Positions 33,597-43,838 of a stretch of 64,000 nucleotides of DNA are shown here, in pieces. Origin of the DNA: a candidate division FCPU426 bacterium (lineage in GTDB: Bacteria > Oederibacteriota > JAAXVQ01 > JAUVAV01); contig JBFLYH010000001.1 in assembly GCA_040756875.1 (NCBI GenBank), positions 448,001 to 512,000 on the forward strand, written 5' to 3'. A program made the position numbers and the translations under genes. Each line of letters opens with the position of its first letter. Position 1 is the first letter of the stretch. The notes under the pieces were generated by a model. It saw only the letters and a program-made list of their open reading frames with translations. It was not told the DNA's origin and made no database searches.

Positions 33597-34070
33597 ATGA
33601 AAACGTATGAAGGCAAGTTGGTTGTAAAAGGCAAGAAATTCATGATCATTGCCAGCCGCTTTAATGAATTTATCACTAAAAAGCTCTTGGATGGAGCCTT
33701 AGATGCCTTGATAAGGCATGGGGCGGTCGAAAATGACATCGAAATTGCATGGGTGCCAGGGGCGTTTGAACTGCCCTATTTGGCAAAGAAAGCCTCCGAA
33801 ACGAAGCGCTATGAAGCCATCATTTGTCTCGGGGCTATCATCCGGGGGGACACGCCCCATTTCAATTACGTGGCCGCCGAAGCCGCCAAAGGAGTGGCGC
33901 AAGCCGCCATGGCTTCCAACGTGCCGATTATTTTCGGCGTTCTGACAACCGATACCGTGGAACAGGCGGTTGAACGTGCGGGCACTAAAGCCGGGAATAA
34001 AGGCTTTGATGCGGCGGTCAGTGCGATCGAAATGGTCAATCTCTACGGCGAGATCGAGAAGGGAGCCTAG
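33597..34070 (+). CDS. ribH: 6,7-dimethyl-8-ribityllumazine synthase
   Basis: [35 protein letters not shown] before ATG 33597. Confidence 0.96.
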   Translation: MKTYEGKLVVKGKKFMIIASRFNEFITKKLLDGALDALIRHGAVENDIEIAWVPGAFELPYLAKKASETKRYEAIICLGAIIRGDTPHFNYVAAEAAKGVAQAAMASNVPIIFGVLTTDTVEQAVERAGTKAGNKGFDAAVSAIEMVNLYGEIEKGA

Positions 34071-34523
34071 ATGGGGCGGAGACGCCAGGCACGGGAAATC
34101 GCCTTTAAAGTCATTTTCCAGGTTGATTTGGGCAAATTGGATCCCGAGGAAGTGATCCGGCATTCGCTGCTGCCGGCTCAGGCTTCGCCGGAAGTGACCT
34201 CTTATGCGGAACGCTTGATCCGCGGGGTGGTAGCGGAGCAAGCCCATCTGGACCGTCTGTTGGCCCAACGCGCCGAACGCTGGGAATTGGACCGGCTGTT
34301 GAGCGTTGACCGGAACTTGCTGCGGATGGCCGCTTACGAGTTGCTCCATTGCCCGGAAGTTCCGAAGAGCGTGGTCATCAACGAAGCTATCGAACTGGCC
34401 AAGAAATACAGCGGCGCGGACTCCGGGGGGTTTATCAACGCTTTATTGGACAAAGTGCTGCCCACCCCGGCCGAGTCCGACCATCCGCCTGCCAAGCGGC
34501 GTAAGACGGGAGAATCCGCTTGA
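34071..34523 (+). CDS. nusB: Transcription antitermination factor NusB
   Basis: RRQAREIA, DRNLLRMA, VVINEAIELAKKY...FINALLD; canonical position after ribH. Confidence 0.95.
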   Translation: MGRRRQAREIAFKVIFQVDLGKLDPEEVIRHSLLPAQASPEVTSYAERLIRGVVAEQAHLDRLLAQRAERWELDRLLSVDRNLLRMAAYELLHCPEVPKSVVINEAIELAKKYSGADSGGFINALLDKVLPTPAESDHPPAKRRKTGESA

Positions 34524-34548
34524 CTTTGCCGGCAAGGGCAGTTATGAT
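34520..34548 (+). promoter_or_regulatory. Putative sigma70 promoter of the infC operon
   Basis: TTGACT (34520-34525), 17-nt spacer, TATGAT (34543-34548). Confidence 0.7.
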
Positions 34549-34575
34549 GACCGCACATTTGGAGCATTGCTCCCT

Positions 34576-34703
34576 CACAAGTAGAAGCATCCGCTTCTCG
34601 CCCGGCGGCGCCTTCGGGTTGCCTGGCCAGGCTGGTTGAAATGAAATGGACCATGTTGATATACAAGCGGATGAATACGTTTTCATCCGCTTGTATTTTT
34701 TTT
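34576..34703 (+). ncRNA. Ribosomal protein L20 leader-type attenuator
   Basis: AAGTAGAAGCATCCGCTTCTCGCC resembles the Bacillus infC L20-leader core. It is followed by a 15-bp terminator stem with a U tract and lies upstream of infC-rpmI-rplT. Confidence 0.75.
34661..34703 (+). terminator. Attenuator terminator of the infC leader
   Basis: ATACAAGCGGATGAA / TTCATCCGCTTGTAT perfect 15-bp stem, 6-nt loop, T7 tail. Confidence 0.85.
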
Positions 34704-34751
34704 GCCCGATTGCAAGGCCGGGGCGGCAACCATCACACTTGAGGAGGTGGG

Positions 34752-35330
34752 ATTATCACAGAACCACGCATTAACGAGGAGATCAGGGCCCGCGAAGTGC
34801 GCGTCGTAACCAGCGGTGGGGAACAATTGGGCGTGATGCCCCTGGTTGAAGCGCTGCGCCTGTCGGAGGAACAAGGGCAGGATTTGGTTGAAGTTTCGCC
34901 TGACGCCAAACCGCCGGTTTGCAAAATATTCGATTACGGCAAATTCCGCTTCGAACAGAGCAAACGGGAAAAAATGGCCAAGAAGCGACAACACACCATC
35001 CACATCAAAGAGATCAAATTCAGGCCGAAAATTGACACTCATGACTACCAGACCAAGCGCGGACATGTGGAGCGGTTTCTGGATGAAGGCCACAAGGTCA
35101 AAGTCACGATTATGTACCGCGGGCGGGAAATGGACCATGTGGAGTTGGGACGGAAGATTCTGGACAAGCTGATCGTCGACTTGGGCGATAAAGTGATGGT
35201 GGAATCCATGCCGCGCCTGGAAGGGCGCAATATGGTGATGATGGTCGCCCCGACGCTCAAACGTCCCGAAACACCGGTCAAGCCGGAAAAGAAAAAAAGC
35301 GAATCAGCGGATAACGAGAAAGTACTCTGA
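34752..35330 (+). CDS. infC: Translation initiation factor IF-3 (non-canonical ATT/ATC start)
   Basis: GGAGGTG SD, then in-frame ATT ATC ACA GAA CCA CGC ATT AAC GAG (RINEEIR motif); DLVEVSP...PPVCKI.DYGKF; KEIKFRP.I..HD. Confidence 0.93.
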   Translation: MITEPRINEEIRAREVRVVTSGGEQLGVMPLVEALRLSEEQGQDLVEVSPDAKPPVCKIFDYGKFRFEQSKREKMAKKRQHTIHIKEIKFRPKIDTHDYQTKRGHVERFLDEGHKVKVTIMYRGREMDHVELGRKILDKLIVDLGDKVMVESMPRLEGRNMVMMVAPTLKRPETPVKPEKKKSESADNEKVL

Positions 35331-35377
35331 CGCCGGAAGCACGTGACCGGCGATCGTTGGAAAAGGGAGACACCGAG

Positions 35378-35572
35378 ATGCCGAAATTGAAAACCAAGAA
35401 AAAAGCGGCGAAACGCCTGCGCGTGACTAAAACCGGCAAAGTGCTGGCCAAAGCTCCGGGCCGCAGGCATTTATTGGGGGACAAGTCGCCTAAAAAGATA
35501 CGCCAGATGCGCCAGAATATAGAGATCCGAGGACGCCAGGCGCGTGTGATCAAGACCCTGCTGCCATACTGA
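35378..35572 (+). CDS. rpmI: 50S ribosomal protein L35
   Basis: MPKLKTKKKAAKR...TGKV...H.L...LLPY. Confidence 0.95.
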   Translation: MPKLKTKKKAAKRLRVTKTGKVLAKAPGRRHLLGDKSPKKIRQMRQNIEIRGRQARVIKTLLPY

Positions 35573-35710
35573 GGTCGGCGGGCAGTATCGAGAGCTTGGG
35601 CAACTTCACATCAAATCCTCACGCAGGGTTTGCAGTAATAACCTTGGCGCGGGAATAGGACTGTCAGTAGCAGACCGACCTGGATCAGGTCATGAGGAGG
35701 TTTATTACAA

Positions 35711-36070
35711 ATGGCTAGAGTTAAAGGGGGCGTAACCACGCGCGCCCGCAAAAAGAAAGTCTTCAAGCAGACCAAAGGCTATTGGGGAGCGAAAAAAAAC
35801 CAGTTTCAGCAGGCCAAGGAACAGGTCCGGCGCAGCCTCCGGTATGGCACCCGCGACCGCCGGGCGCGTAAGCGTGAATATCGGGCGTTGTGGATCGCCC
35901 GCATCAACGCCGCCGCCCGCGGAAATGGCATGACCTATTCGCAGTTCATCCGCGGCTTGAAAAACGCGGCCATCACCATCGACCGGAAAGTGCTGGCCGA
36001 GCTTGCTGCGACCGACGCCAAGGCGTTTGCGGAAATCGCCGCGCTGGCCAAGCAGTCGCTGGCCGCTTAA
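35711..36070 (+). CDS. rplT: 50S ribosomal protein L20
   Basis: MARVKGG...KGYWG...LWIARINAAAR...YSQFI.GL...IDRKVLA. Confidence 0.97.
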   Translation: MARVKGGVTTRARKKKVFKQTKGYWGAKKNQFQQAKEQVRRSLRYGTRDRRARKREYRALWIARINAAARGNGMTYSQFIRGLKNAAITIDRKVLAELAATDAKAFAEIAALAKQSLAA

Positions 36071-36081
36071 GGAGCAAACCC

Positions 36082-36915
36082 CTGTCAGCTCTCACCCCTC
36101 TCTCCAAGCGGCGTATGGGAAAAATCCGCGCCTTGCAGTCCAAGAAAGAACGCCAAACCACCGGAATGACGCTGGTGGAAGGGGAGCGTTTGGTGGGCGA
36201 TACGCTGCGGGAAGGTGTGAATCTGGAATCAGTCGTGGCCACAGCGGAGGTTTGGGCGCGGCGCGTTGATTTGGTGCACGCCTGCGCCACAGCCGGCATC
36301 CAGACCCTGGTTGCCACGCCGAAGCAGTTTGATTTCCTCGCCACCACCGATCATCCTTCGGGCATGTTGGCTGTGGCCGCCTGCCCGGTCTGGCGCGAGG
36401 AGCAAATCTGGGCTAAAGCCCAGGGCGAGACTTTTTTCGGAACCTTGCTGGTCGCATTGCAGGATCCGGGAAATTTCGGAACTTTGGTAAGGACGCTGGC
36501 TGCCGCCGGAGGGTCCGGCATGTGGGTCAGTGAGGGAAATACGGAGAGTGCTTCCCCCAAAGCGGTGCGGGCTTCGGCAGGCGCGGTTTTTCATCTCCCG
36601 GTGGTTTCCGAAGCTGACCCGTTGCGCGTGATCAAGCGTTGTCGCGAGCGCGGAGTGCAGTGTTTGGCGGCTGCGCCCCGCCAAGGCAGGCCCCATACGT
36701 CCCTGGATTTGACCAAACCCAGCTTGCTGGTGCTGGGGGGGGAGGGCGGAGGGCTTCCGACGGAGGTTATCGGAGCCTGCGACCAACGAGTGCAGATTCC
36801 CATGCCCGGAGAAGTTGAATCGCTGAATGTGGCGACAGCAGGCGCGATTTTGATGTTTGAAGGGGTGCGCCAGCGGCGTTTAGCGCAGGGGGCGGACCGG
36901 AGGAACAAGTCGTGA
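36082..36915 (+). CDS. TrmH/SpoU family RNA methyltransferase
   Basis: LVEGERLV, LQDPGNFGTLVR, GGEGGGL, IPMPGEVESLNVA. Start is uncertain: CTG 36082 after AAGGAG, or ATG 36115. Confidence 0.9.
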   Translation: MSALTPLSKRRMGKIRALQSKKERQTTGMTLVEGERLVGDTLREGVNLESVVATAEVWARRVDLVHACATAGIQTLVATPKQFDFLATTDHPSGMLAVAACPVWREEQIWAKAQGETFFGTLLVALQDPGNFGTLVRTLAAAGGSGMWVSEGNTESASPKAVRASAGAVFHLPVVSEADPLRVIKRCRERGVQCLAAAPRQGRPHTSLDLTKPSLLVLGGEGGGLPTEVIGACDQRVQIPMPGEVESLNVATAGAILMFEGVRQRRLAQGADRRNKS

Positions 36916-37925
36916 AAGGGCAATTGAACGAAGTATTGCAGGCGCAGCGCGAAGCGATCGCCCAGGCCGGCGACTTGAAACAGTTGGACGATCTCCGTGT
37001 GCGCATTCTGGGACGAAAAGGCGAATTAACCGAGCTTTTGCACGGATTGAAGGATTTGCCGTCCGAACAAAGGCGCGAAATCGGACAACTGGCCAATCAG
37101 GTGAAAGAAGAGCTGACGAACCTGATCGAGGAAAAAGCCAGGGCACTCAAGCAGGCCAGTTGGGCGGCGGATGAAACCATGCGTCTTGATCCCTCGCTGC
37201 CCGGCCGGCCGAGGGAACTCGGCAAGGCCCATATCCTTTACCGCGTTGCGGACGCTGTCGAGGAAATTTTCACTGGCATGGGTTTTTCGGTGGCCGAAGG
37301 GCCGGAGGTGGAGACCGATTACTACAATTTCCAGGCCATGAATTTCCCGGAGGACCATCCGTCACGCGATATGCATGATACGCTGTTTCTTTCGGAGCAA
37401 GTCCTGCTTAGAACCCATACCTCTCCGGTCCAGACGCGTTACATGGAAAAGCATAAGCCGCCGATTCGCGTGATAATTCCAGGGAAAACATATCGACATG
37501 ATGACGATGCCACTCATTCGCCTATGTTTCATCAGATGGAAGGTTTGATGGTGGATCATGATGTTTCTTTTTCTGATTTGAAGACGGTGCTAACGCTGTT
37601 CGTTCAGAAAATGTTCGGTCAGAATGCACGATTGCGGTTTCGACCCGGATTTTTCCCTTTCACCGAGCCGTCGGCCGAGATCGACATGAGCTGCCATAAA
37701 TGCCAGGGAAAAGGTTGTTCCTTGTGCAAAGGCACGGGATGGTTGGAAATTCTCGGCGCTGGAATGGTGCATCCGAATGTATTGCGCATGGGCGGGATCG
37801 ATCCCGAACAGTACACGGGGTTTGCTTTCGGCATGGGCATAGAACGCATTACCATGCTCAAACACGGGATCGACAATATCCGCTACTTGTTCGAGAATGA
37901 TCTGCGGTTTCTTAATCAGTTTTGA
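36912..37925 (+). CDS. pheS: Phenylalanyl-tRNA synthetase alpha subunit
   Basis: HPSRDMHDT, LRTHTSP, THSPMFHQ, FPFTEPS, GFAFGMGIER. Confidence 0.97.
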   Translation: MKGQLNEVLQAQREAIAQAGDLKQLDDLRVRILGRKGELTELLHGLKDLPSEQRREIGQLANQVKEELTNLIEEKARALKQASWAADETMRLDPSLPGRPRELGKAHILYRVADAVEEIFTGMGFSVAEGPEVETDYYNFQAMNFPEDHPSRDMHDTLFLSEQVLLRTHTSPVQTRYMEKHKPPIRVIIPGKTYRHDDDATHSPMFHQMEGLMVDHDVSFSDLKTVLTLFVQKMFGQNARLRFRPGFFPFTEPSAEIDMSCHKCQGKGCSLCKGTGWLEILGAGMVHPNVLRMGGIDPEQYTGFAFGMGIERITMLKHGIDNIRYLFENDLRFLNQF

Positions 37926-37926
37926 G

Positions 37927-38403
37927 TCATTGCGGTTTGAGCGATTTTTCCAGCCGGGGGATGAAGGGCCGTCCGATCTTTAAAAGGGGCGGAGCCAAAC
38001 GGGAATTTTCCACGACTTTTGAACCCAGCGGCCTGGCGTAATTATCGAGCATGGTTACCCCGACCAGGAGCAAGCCTGACATAACCACTAGCGCCAACAG
38101 GGCTCCCAGGACCCGGTCCAACCAGGCCATCTGAATATGATCGATTGACCTGGCGAGCAGACTGAAAAAAACGGCCAGGATGATCGCTACAGCGCTGAAA
38201 ACCGTCAGCCAGGCCAGGGTTCCCCCCAATAGGGGGGAGAAATGACGGTACAAATCGGCCAACTGACCCTGAAAATGATTGGCAGTCCAGATGCCCGCAG
38301 CCAGGGAAACGGCGAGTCCTAAAAGGTTCAACGCCCGGAATTTCCATCCGAGCAGTGTGGCAAGCAGCAGCAGGATCAGGATCAGCAAATCCAAAACATT
38401 CAT
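37927..38403 (-). CDS. CvpA (colicin V production) family membrane protein
   Basis: MNVLDLLILI...G; four TM segments; LDRVLGALL; S.LAP motif. Confidence 0.8.
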   Translation of the reverse strand: MNVLDLLILILLLLATLLGWKFRALNLLGLAVSLAAGIWTANHFQGQLADLYRHFSPLLGGTLAWLTVFSAVAIILAVFFSLLARSIDHIQMAWLDRVLGALLALVVMSGLLLVGVTMLDNYARPLGSKVVENSRLAPPLLKIGRPFIPRLEKSLKPQ

Positions 38404-38560
38404 ATTCGCGCTTCCTTGGGGAGTTCGGGTCATCGTATCATTGATGGGGAAACCCTGTCAAGACGCGCGAGATTTCGACCTTGCCTGGGGTGGCAACCCG
38501 TAGGATAATGACTCGAAACGAGCCCGTGCTTTGAACGGGTCCGGGGGACTGGAAACTACG

Positions 38561-39691
38561 ATGGACAAAGAAGAAAAGAAAATCATTGTTAAAGTTGCCT
38601 ATAATTACGTGCAACAAGGGAAGCTGGATCGGGCCTTGGAGGAGTATAAAAAGCTCGTGGCCATCGATCCCATGGATTTCCTTGTCCACAGCATGATGGC
38701 GGAAATTTACGTTAAAAAAGGCGACAAAGACCAAGCGGTTGGGGAATTCCTCAAAGCCGGCAGTTTGTTGCGAGCCACGAACAATTTCGAAAAAGCGGTT
38801 CACGCTTACAACCATATTCTCAAACTCGATCCATCCCATGCAGAAGCCAGTTCCAAAATCGATGAAATCGTGCGGACGCGGTTGGTGGAAATCGACGATT
38901 TGTTGCGGCGCGGTCTGAATTCCAATGCCAATGAAATGTGCGAGCGGCTGCTGCAACGGCTGCCTCAGCATCCGGTTTTGGAGGCCAAACTCAAGGAAAT
39001 CGAACAGGCGGGAAGCGCCAAAGCCAAGAGCCCGGCCTCGCCCGTCGAGGAGCAGCGTACGAACGCCGAGATGCTCTCCAATCTGATGCTAATGGCCAAA
39101 CAGTACGAAGCGCAGGAATCATGGGAAGAAGCCGTGGAGGCCTACATCACGGTCCTGCGTTTGCAGCCGAAAAACGAGGAAGCGCAGGAAAAATTGCGCG
39201 AGATCTACCGCCATCTCTCCCGCAAGGAAAAGTCTCAGGTCGTATGGGACCGGATCAGCGCCGAACGCCAAAAATCCGTCGAACAGGCCAAGTTGATCGC
39301 GAAAACCCAGGAAAAGCCCCAAACCGAGTCCGCGGTATCGCGGTTGATGAACCGGATTGCCCAGGAAAGCGCGCCGCAGCCCAAAGCCCAGCCAACCCAG
39401 GATTTGGACCGTTTGCGCCAACAAGCCGAGGAAAAACTCCGCCTGGCCGTCCAGGACCGGCGCGAACGGGAGCGCCAGAAAATACAGCCTTCAGAGGAGC
39501 CCGTTTCGCGTCGCGCCGAGGCCGAAGGCGAATCCAACGTCCAGTTGCTGCTCACCCAGGCCCAGATGTACGTGCAGCAAAACCTGCTCGCAGATGCCAT
39601 GCGGCTGGCGCAGAACATCCTGGAGCAGGATCCACAAAATAAGGATGTGCGCGGCATCCTGTTGCAGATCTTTCAAAAAAAGAACATCTAG
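38561..39691 (+). CDS. Cytoplasmic tetratricopeptide-repeat protein
   Basis: TPR units (AYNYVQQGKLDRALEEYKK, AVHAYNHILKLDP, ILEQDPQN) separated by charged coiled segments; no signal peptide. Confidence 0.75.
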   Translation: MDKEEKKIIVKVAYNYVQQGKLDRALEEYKKLVAIDPMDFLVHSMMAEIYVKKGDKDQAVGEFLKAGSLLRATNNFEKAVHAYNHILKLDPSHAEASSKIDEIVRTRLVEIDDLLRRGLNSNANEMCERLLQRLPQHPVLEAKLKEIEQAGSAKAKSPASPVEEQRTNAEMLSNLMLMAKQYEAQESWEEAVEAYITVLRLQPKNEEAQEKLREIYRHLSRKEKSQVVWDRISAERQKSVEQAKLIAKTQEKPQTESAVSRLMNRIAQESAPQPKAQPTQDLDRLRQQAEEKLRLAVQDRRERERQKIQPSEEPVSRRAEAEGESNVQLLLTQAQMYVQQNLLADAMRLAQNILEQDPQNKDVRGILLQIFQKKNI

Positions 39692-39806
39692 CAGGGTGCT
39701 GAAAATCCTATCTATTCCTTTGGCGCCCTGCTACCCCTTGAAAAAACTCTGGTTTTTCAAGGGGTGTTCAACGCTGCGCGAGCGACTATAGTCATCAGCC
39801 TGCTAG
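39688..39806 (-). repeat. ~120-bp structured repeat / MITE-like element, copy A
   Basis: Imperfect terminal inverted repeat CTAGCAGGGTGCTGA...TCATCAGCCTGCTAG; internal 13-bp hairpin ACCCCTTGAAAAA/TTTTTCAAGGGGT; the reverse complement aligns end-to-end with 43839..43958. Confidence 0.75.
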
Positions 39807-39860
39807 TTCACCCGTTTTTTCCCGAGCTGGAACCCAAACAACGTCGTGGGGCGGTGGGCC

Positions 39861-41957
39861 GTGGAATTCAAGTTGAAATCGGAATATCAGCCCAGCGGCG
39901 ATCAGCCCCAAGCCATTGAGGCGTTGGTGCGGCATTTGGGGGAAGGCGCTCCGGCGGCGACGCTTCTGGGCGTGACCGGCTCGGGCAAGACCTTCACCGT
40001 CGCCAATGTCATCGCGCGCTTGCAGCGCCCCACCCTGGTCATTTCCCACAATAAAACCCTGGCTGCCCAACTGTACGGCGAATTCCAGGAGTTTTTTCCC
40101 GAAAACGCGGTCCGTTATTTCGTGTCCTATTACGATTACTACCAACCCGAGGCCTATTTGCCGGGAAGCGACACTTATATCGAAAAGGACGCATCGATCA
40201 ATGAGGAATTGGACCGGCTGAGGCTGGAGGCCACCCACGCCTTGCTGGAGCGGCGGGACACCATCGTGGTGGCCTCCGTATCCTGCATTTACGGCATCGG
40301 CTCTCCGGAGGTGTACCGCAACCTGTTCCTCGAACTGACGCCCGGCCAGACCGTCGCCCGCGAGGAGTTTCTGCACCGGTTGGTGGAAATGCTCTATACG
40401 CGGGGCGATATGGATTTTTTCCAAGGGCGTTTCCGTGTCAAAGGGGATGTGGTGGAAGTGTTTCCGCCGTACGGCGAACAGGCCGTGCGGATTGATTTTT
40501 TCGGCTCGGCGATCGAAAAGCTCAGTTTGATCGATCCCCTGACCGGTGAAGTGAAGCAGCCACTGGCGCGGGTGAAGATCTATCCGGCCCGTCATTATGT
40601 CATGCCCTACGACCAGATCGAACGCGCGACCGGCTCGATCCAGCAGGAACTGGGCGAATGGCTGCCACAACTGGAGCGCGCCGGCAAACCGCTGGAGGCC
40701 GAGCGCCTCAAACGCCGCACCGTGTTCGACCTGGAAATGATCCGCGAACTGGGATATTGCCAGGGCATCGAGAACTACTCCCGGCACATGGACGGCCGGA
40801 TGCCCGGCCAACCGCCGTATACGCTGCTGGATTACCTGCCCGCGGACAGCCTGGTGGTGATCGACGAGTCGCACGCCACGGTGCCGCAGCTGCGGGGCAT
40901 GCACAACGGCGACCGCTCGCGCAAACAGACTCTGGTGGATTTCGGTTTCCGGCTTCCCTCGGCTTTCGACAACCGCCCCCTGGTATTCGGGGAATTCGAG
41001 GAGCGCGTCCGCCAGCTGCTTTTTGTTTCAGCTACGCCCGCTTCCTACGAGCTGGCGCGCAGCCAGGGCCGGGTGGTGGAACAGGTCATTCGACCCACCG
41101 GCCTCATGGATCCGATGATCAACGTTCATCCGCTGGCCGACCAGGTGGATCATTTGCTGGGGGAGATCCGCAAACGGGTGGAGAGGAAGGAACGGGTTTT
41201 GGTGACGACCCTGACCAAGCGCATGGCCGAGGACCTGACGACCTACCTGACCCAGATGGAAGTCAAAGCCCGCTACCTGCATTCGGACATCGACACTCTG
41301 GACCGCGTGAAAATCATCCAGGCCCTGCGGGCCGGCGAGTTCGACTGCCTGGTCGGGATCAACCTGCTGCGGGAAGGGCTGGACCTGCCGGAAGTGTCCC
41401 TGGTCGCGATTCTCGACGCGGACAAGGAAGGATTCCTCCGCTCCGCGACCTCCCTGGTGCAGACCATCGGGCGCGCGGCCCGGCACGTCAATGGCGAGGT
41501 GATCTTGTACGCGGACCAGATGACACAATCCCTCCAGCGTGCCTTGTCCGAAACCAACCGCCGCCGGGACCTCCAGATGGCGTACAACACGGCCCACCAG
41601 ATCACTCCGGAAGGCATCCGTAAGAACCTGCGGAACATCCTGGCCTCGGTGTATGAAATGGATTATTTCACCATTCCGGCCGTGGCCGAAGGCCGGGAGG
41701 AATACCTGACGCCGGAACAGGTGCCGCGGCGCGTGCTGGCGCTGGAAGCGGAAATGAAAAAGGCGGCCGCCGCCCTGGATTTCGAACGCGCGGCGGAGTT
41801 GCGCGACCAGATCGCCGAGCTGCGCCACTTGCATCCCGGCCGCGCAGTGCTGCCGATCGGACGTCCGGACGCCGGACCGGGCCGCAGCCGCCGCGCTCCG
41901 CGCCGCGTGCCACGCCGCGTGGAGAAGCGCGTCGCCCGGCGTCTGGGCCGGGGCTGA
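39861..41957 (+). CDS. uvrB: Excinuclease ABC subunit B
   Basis: [51 protein letters not shown]-terminal UVR domain; GTG start. Confidence 0.97.
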   Translation: MEFKLKSEYQPSGDQPQAIEALVRHLGEGAPAATLLGVTGSGKTFTVANVIARLQRPTLVISHNKTLAAQLYGEFQEFFPENAVRYFVSYYDYYQPEAYLPGSDTYIEKDASINEELDRLRLEATHALLERRDTIVVASVSCIYGIGSPEVYRNLFLELTPGQTVAREEFLHRLVEMLYTRGDMDFFQGRFRVKGDVVEVFPPYGEQAVRIDFFGSAIEKLSLIDPLTGEVKQPLARVKIYPARHYVMPYDQIERATGSIQQELGEWLPQLERAGKPLEAERLKRRTVFDLEMIRELGYCQGIENYSRHMDGRMPGQPPYTLLDYLPADSLVVIDESHATVPQLRGMHNGDRSRKQTLVDFGFRLPSAFDNRPLVFGEFEERVRQLLFVSATPASYELARSQGRVVEQVIRPTGLMDPMINVHPLADQVDHLLGEIRKRVERKERVLVTTLTKRMAEDLTTYLTQMEVKARYLHSDIDTLDRVKIIQALRAGEFDCLVGINLLREGLDLPEVSLVAILDADKEGFLRSATSLVQTIGRAARHVNGEVILYADQMTQSLQRALSETNRRRDLQMAYNTAHQITPEGIRKNLRNILASVYEMDYFTIPAVAEGREEYLTPEQVPRRVLALEAEMKKAAAALDFERAAELRDQIAELRHLHPGRAVLPIGRPDAGPGRSRRAPRRVPRRVEKRVARRLGRG

Positions 41958-41963
41958 CCTTTC

Positions 41964-43775
41964 ATGGGCGGGTTTGATTTCCGGCAATTGGATCCGCCGG
42001 ATCGTCCCGGCGTCTACCTGATGCGGGACATCCAGCGGCGGCTCCTGTACGTCGGCAAGGCGATATCCCTTCGCAAGCGTCTGGCCACTTATTTTCGTTC
42101 CCCGGAAAAAGCCGATCCCAAGACCCAGGCTTTGGTCGCCAAGATCGCCCATGTGGAAATCATGATGACTGACACCGAACTCGACGCCCTGCTGCTGGAA
42201 AACACCCTCATCAAGAAACATCGGCCGCGGTACAACGTTTTTCTCAAGGACGACAAGAGCTATCCGTACTTGAAAATGACGGTGCAGGATGCGCTGCCGC
42301 GCCTGCTGGCGACGCGGCGTCCGTTCGTGGACGAGGCCCGGTATTTCGGCCCGTTTCCGACCGGGTCCTTGGCCGCCACGGCCCGTTCGATTTCCCGCCA
42401 TTTTCGCCTGTGCCAGCGAAAACCCGGGCCCCTGCCGCGGCGCACCTGCCTGTATGACCAAATGGGGCAATGCGATGGCGCCTGCGTGGGGAGAATTTCA
42501 GCCGCGGAGTATGCCGCCAAGGTCAAGGCGGCCATCGGGTTTCTGGAAGGCGGGCCGGACGAGGTGACGCCCGAACTGGAGGCGCGGATGCGGGCTGCGG
42601 CCGAAGCGCGCGATTTCGAAGCGGCGGCGGGGTTGCGCGACCAGATCGCGGTTATCCGGCTGCTGCGGCACCAGCCGGTGGTCGCAACCCAGGACCGGAC
42701 CGACCGGGATGTGGTCGGGCTGGCCCGCTCCGGCGGTTCGGCCACCGTGGAGATTTTTCAGGTGCGCGGGGGAAACCTGGAGGGCCGGCGCCACTTCTAC
42801 CTGCAGGCCGCGGGCGCCCACGCCACGGCCGAGATTCTGGCCCAAGTGCTGGCGCAGTATTATTCCCAGCCCGTGACCATTCCGCCGGCCGTGGTGGTGC
42901 CCGAGAAACCCGAAGGCGCCGAGGTGACCGCGCGCTGGCTGAGTGGGTTGCGCGGGGGCCGGACCCGCCTGATCTACGGCCGCACCCCTGAAATCAAGCG
43001 CCTGCTCAAACTGGCGGAAACCAACGCCTGGCTGCATTTGAAGCACAGCTCGGCGGATGCCAACGCGGACGCTTCCGAGGAAAACCAGAAGCGTCTGGCC
43101 GATTTGGCGGCGCGCCTGGACCTGCCCGCGCCGCCCCGTCGCGTGGAAGCTTACGACATTTCCAATATCTCGGGGCAGGATGCCGTGGGGTCGCGCGTGG
43201 TGTTCAGCCAAGGCGAACCCGACAAAGCCGCCTACAGGCGCTATCGCATCCGCTCGGTCCGGGGGCCGAATGATTTCGCCATGCTGCAGGAGGTGCTGTT
43301 CCGCCGGCTGAAACGGTTGGCCGGGGAGGCGGACGCGGCGCCGGACCTGATCGTGGTGGACGGCGGCGCCGGCCAGCTGTCCGCGGCCCGCGAAGTGCTG
43401 CGCGAACTGAACTTGAGCCATCTGGCTGCCATCGGCCTGGCCAAGGAGAACGAGGAAATTTATCAATCCGGCCGCAAGGAGCCATTGCGCCTGCCGCGCT
43501 CCAGTCCGGCGCTGAAACTGTTGACCCGGTTGCGCGACGAAGCACACCGGTTTGCGATTGCGTACCACCGCCGGTTGCGCGGTAAACGCATGCAGTGGTC
43601 GCTGCTCAACCAAATACCCGGCCTGGGGCCTGAACGGCGGCGCCGGCTGCTGCGCTCCTTCGGCAGCGTGGAAGCCCTGTTGCAGGTCAGCGACGGGGAA
43701 GTGGCCCAAGCCGCCGGCGTCAGTCTGGAATTGGCCCGGAGCCTGCAGGATGCTCTGCGCCGGGCCCGGCGGTAA
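41964..43775 (+). CDS. uvrC: Excinuclease ABC subunit C
   Basis: GIY-YIG (PGVYLM...LYVGKA), Cys cluster, YDISN, VDGG.GQ, RDEAHRFA, HhH. Confidence 0.96.
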   Translation: MGGFDFRQLDPPDRPGVYLMRDIQRRLLYVGKAISLRKRLATYFRSPEKADPKTQALVAKIAHVEIMMTDTELDALLLENTLIKKHRPRYNVFLKDDKSYPYLKMTVQDALPRLLATRRPFVDEARYFGPFPTGSLAATARSISRHFRLCQRKPGPLPRRTCLYDQMGQCDGACVGRISAAEYAAKVKAAIGFLEGGPDEVTPELEARMRAAAEARDFEAAAGLRDQIAVIRLLRHQPVVATQDRTDRDVVGLARSGGSATVEIFQVRGGNLEGRRHFYLQAAGAHATAEILAQVLAQYYSQPVTIPPAVVVPEKPEGAEVTARWLSGLRGGRTRLIYGRTPEIKRLLKLAETNAWLHLKHSSADANADASEENQKRLADLAARLDLPAPPRRVEAYDISNISGQDAVGSRVVFSQGEPDKAAYRRYRIRSVRGPNDFAMLQEVLFRRLKRLAGEADAAPDLIVVDGGAGQLSAAREVLRELNLSHLAAIGLAKENEEIYQSGRKEPLRLPRSSPALKLLTRLRDEAHRFAIAYHRRLRGKRMQWSLLNQIPGLGPERRRRLLRSFGSVEALLQVSDGEVAQAAGVSLELARSLQDALRRARR

Positions 43776-43801
43776 TTTCCGGCGGGCAAGGCCGGGTGCC
43801 G

Positions 43802-43830
43802 TTGACAGTGCCGTATAATATCGTTAAAAT
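43802..43830 (+). promoter_or_regulatory. Near-consensus sigma70 promoter
   Basis: TTGACA (43802-43807), 17-nt spacer, TAAAAT (43825-43830). Confidence 0.75.
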
Positions 43831-43838
43831 ATACTGTT

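Noticed and set aside
35573-35710. Long rpmI-rplT spacer as a possible structured RNA
   Set aside because: Only weak, short pairings found; no motif I can support.
39807-39860. LexA/SOS box upstream of uvrB
   Set aside because: No CTGT-N8-ACAG or GAAC-N4-GTTC match seen.
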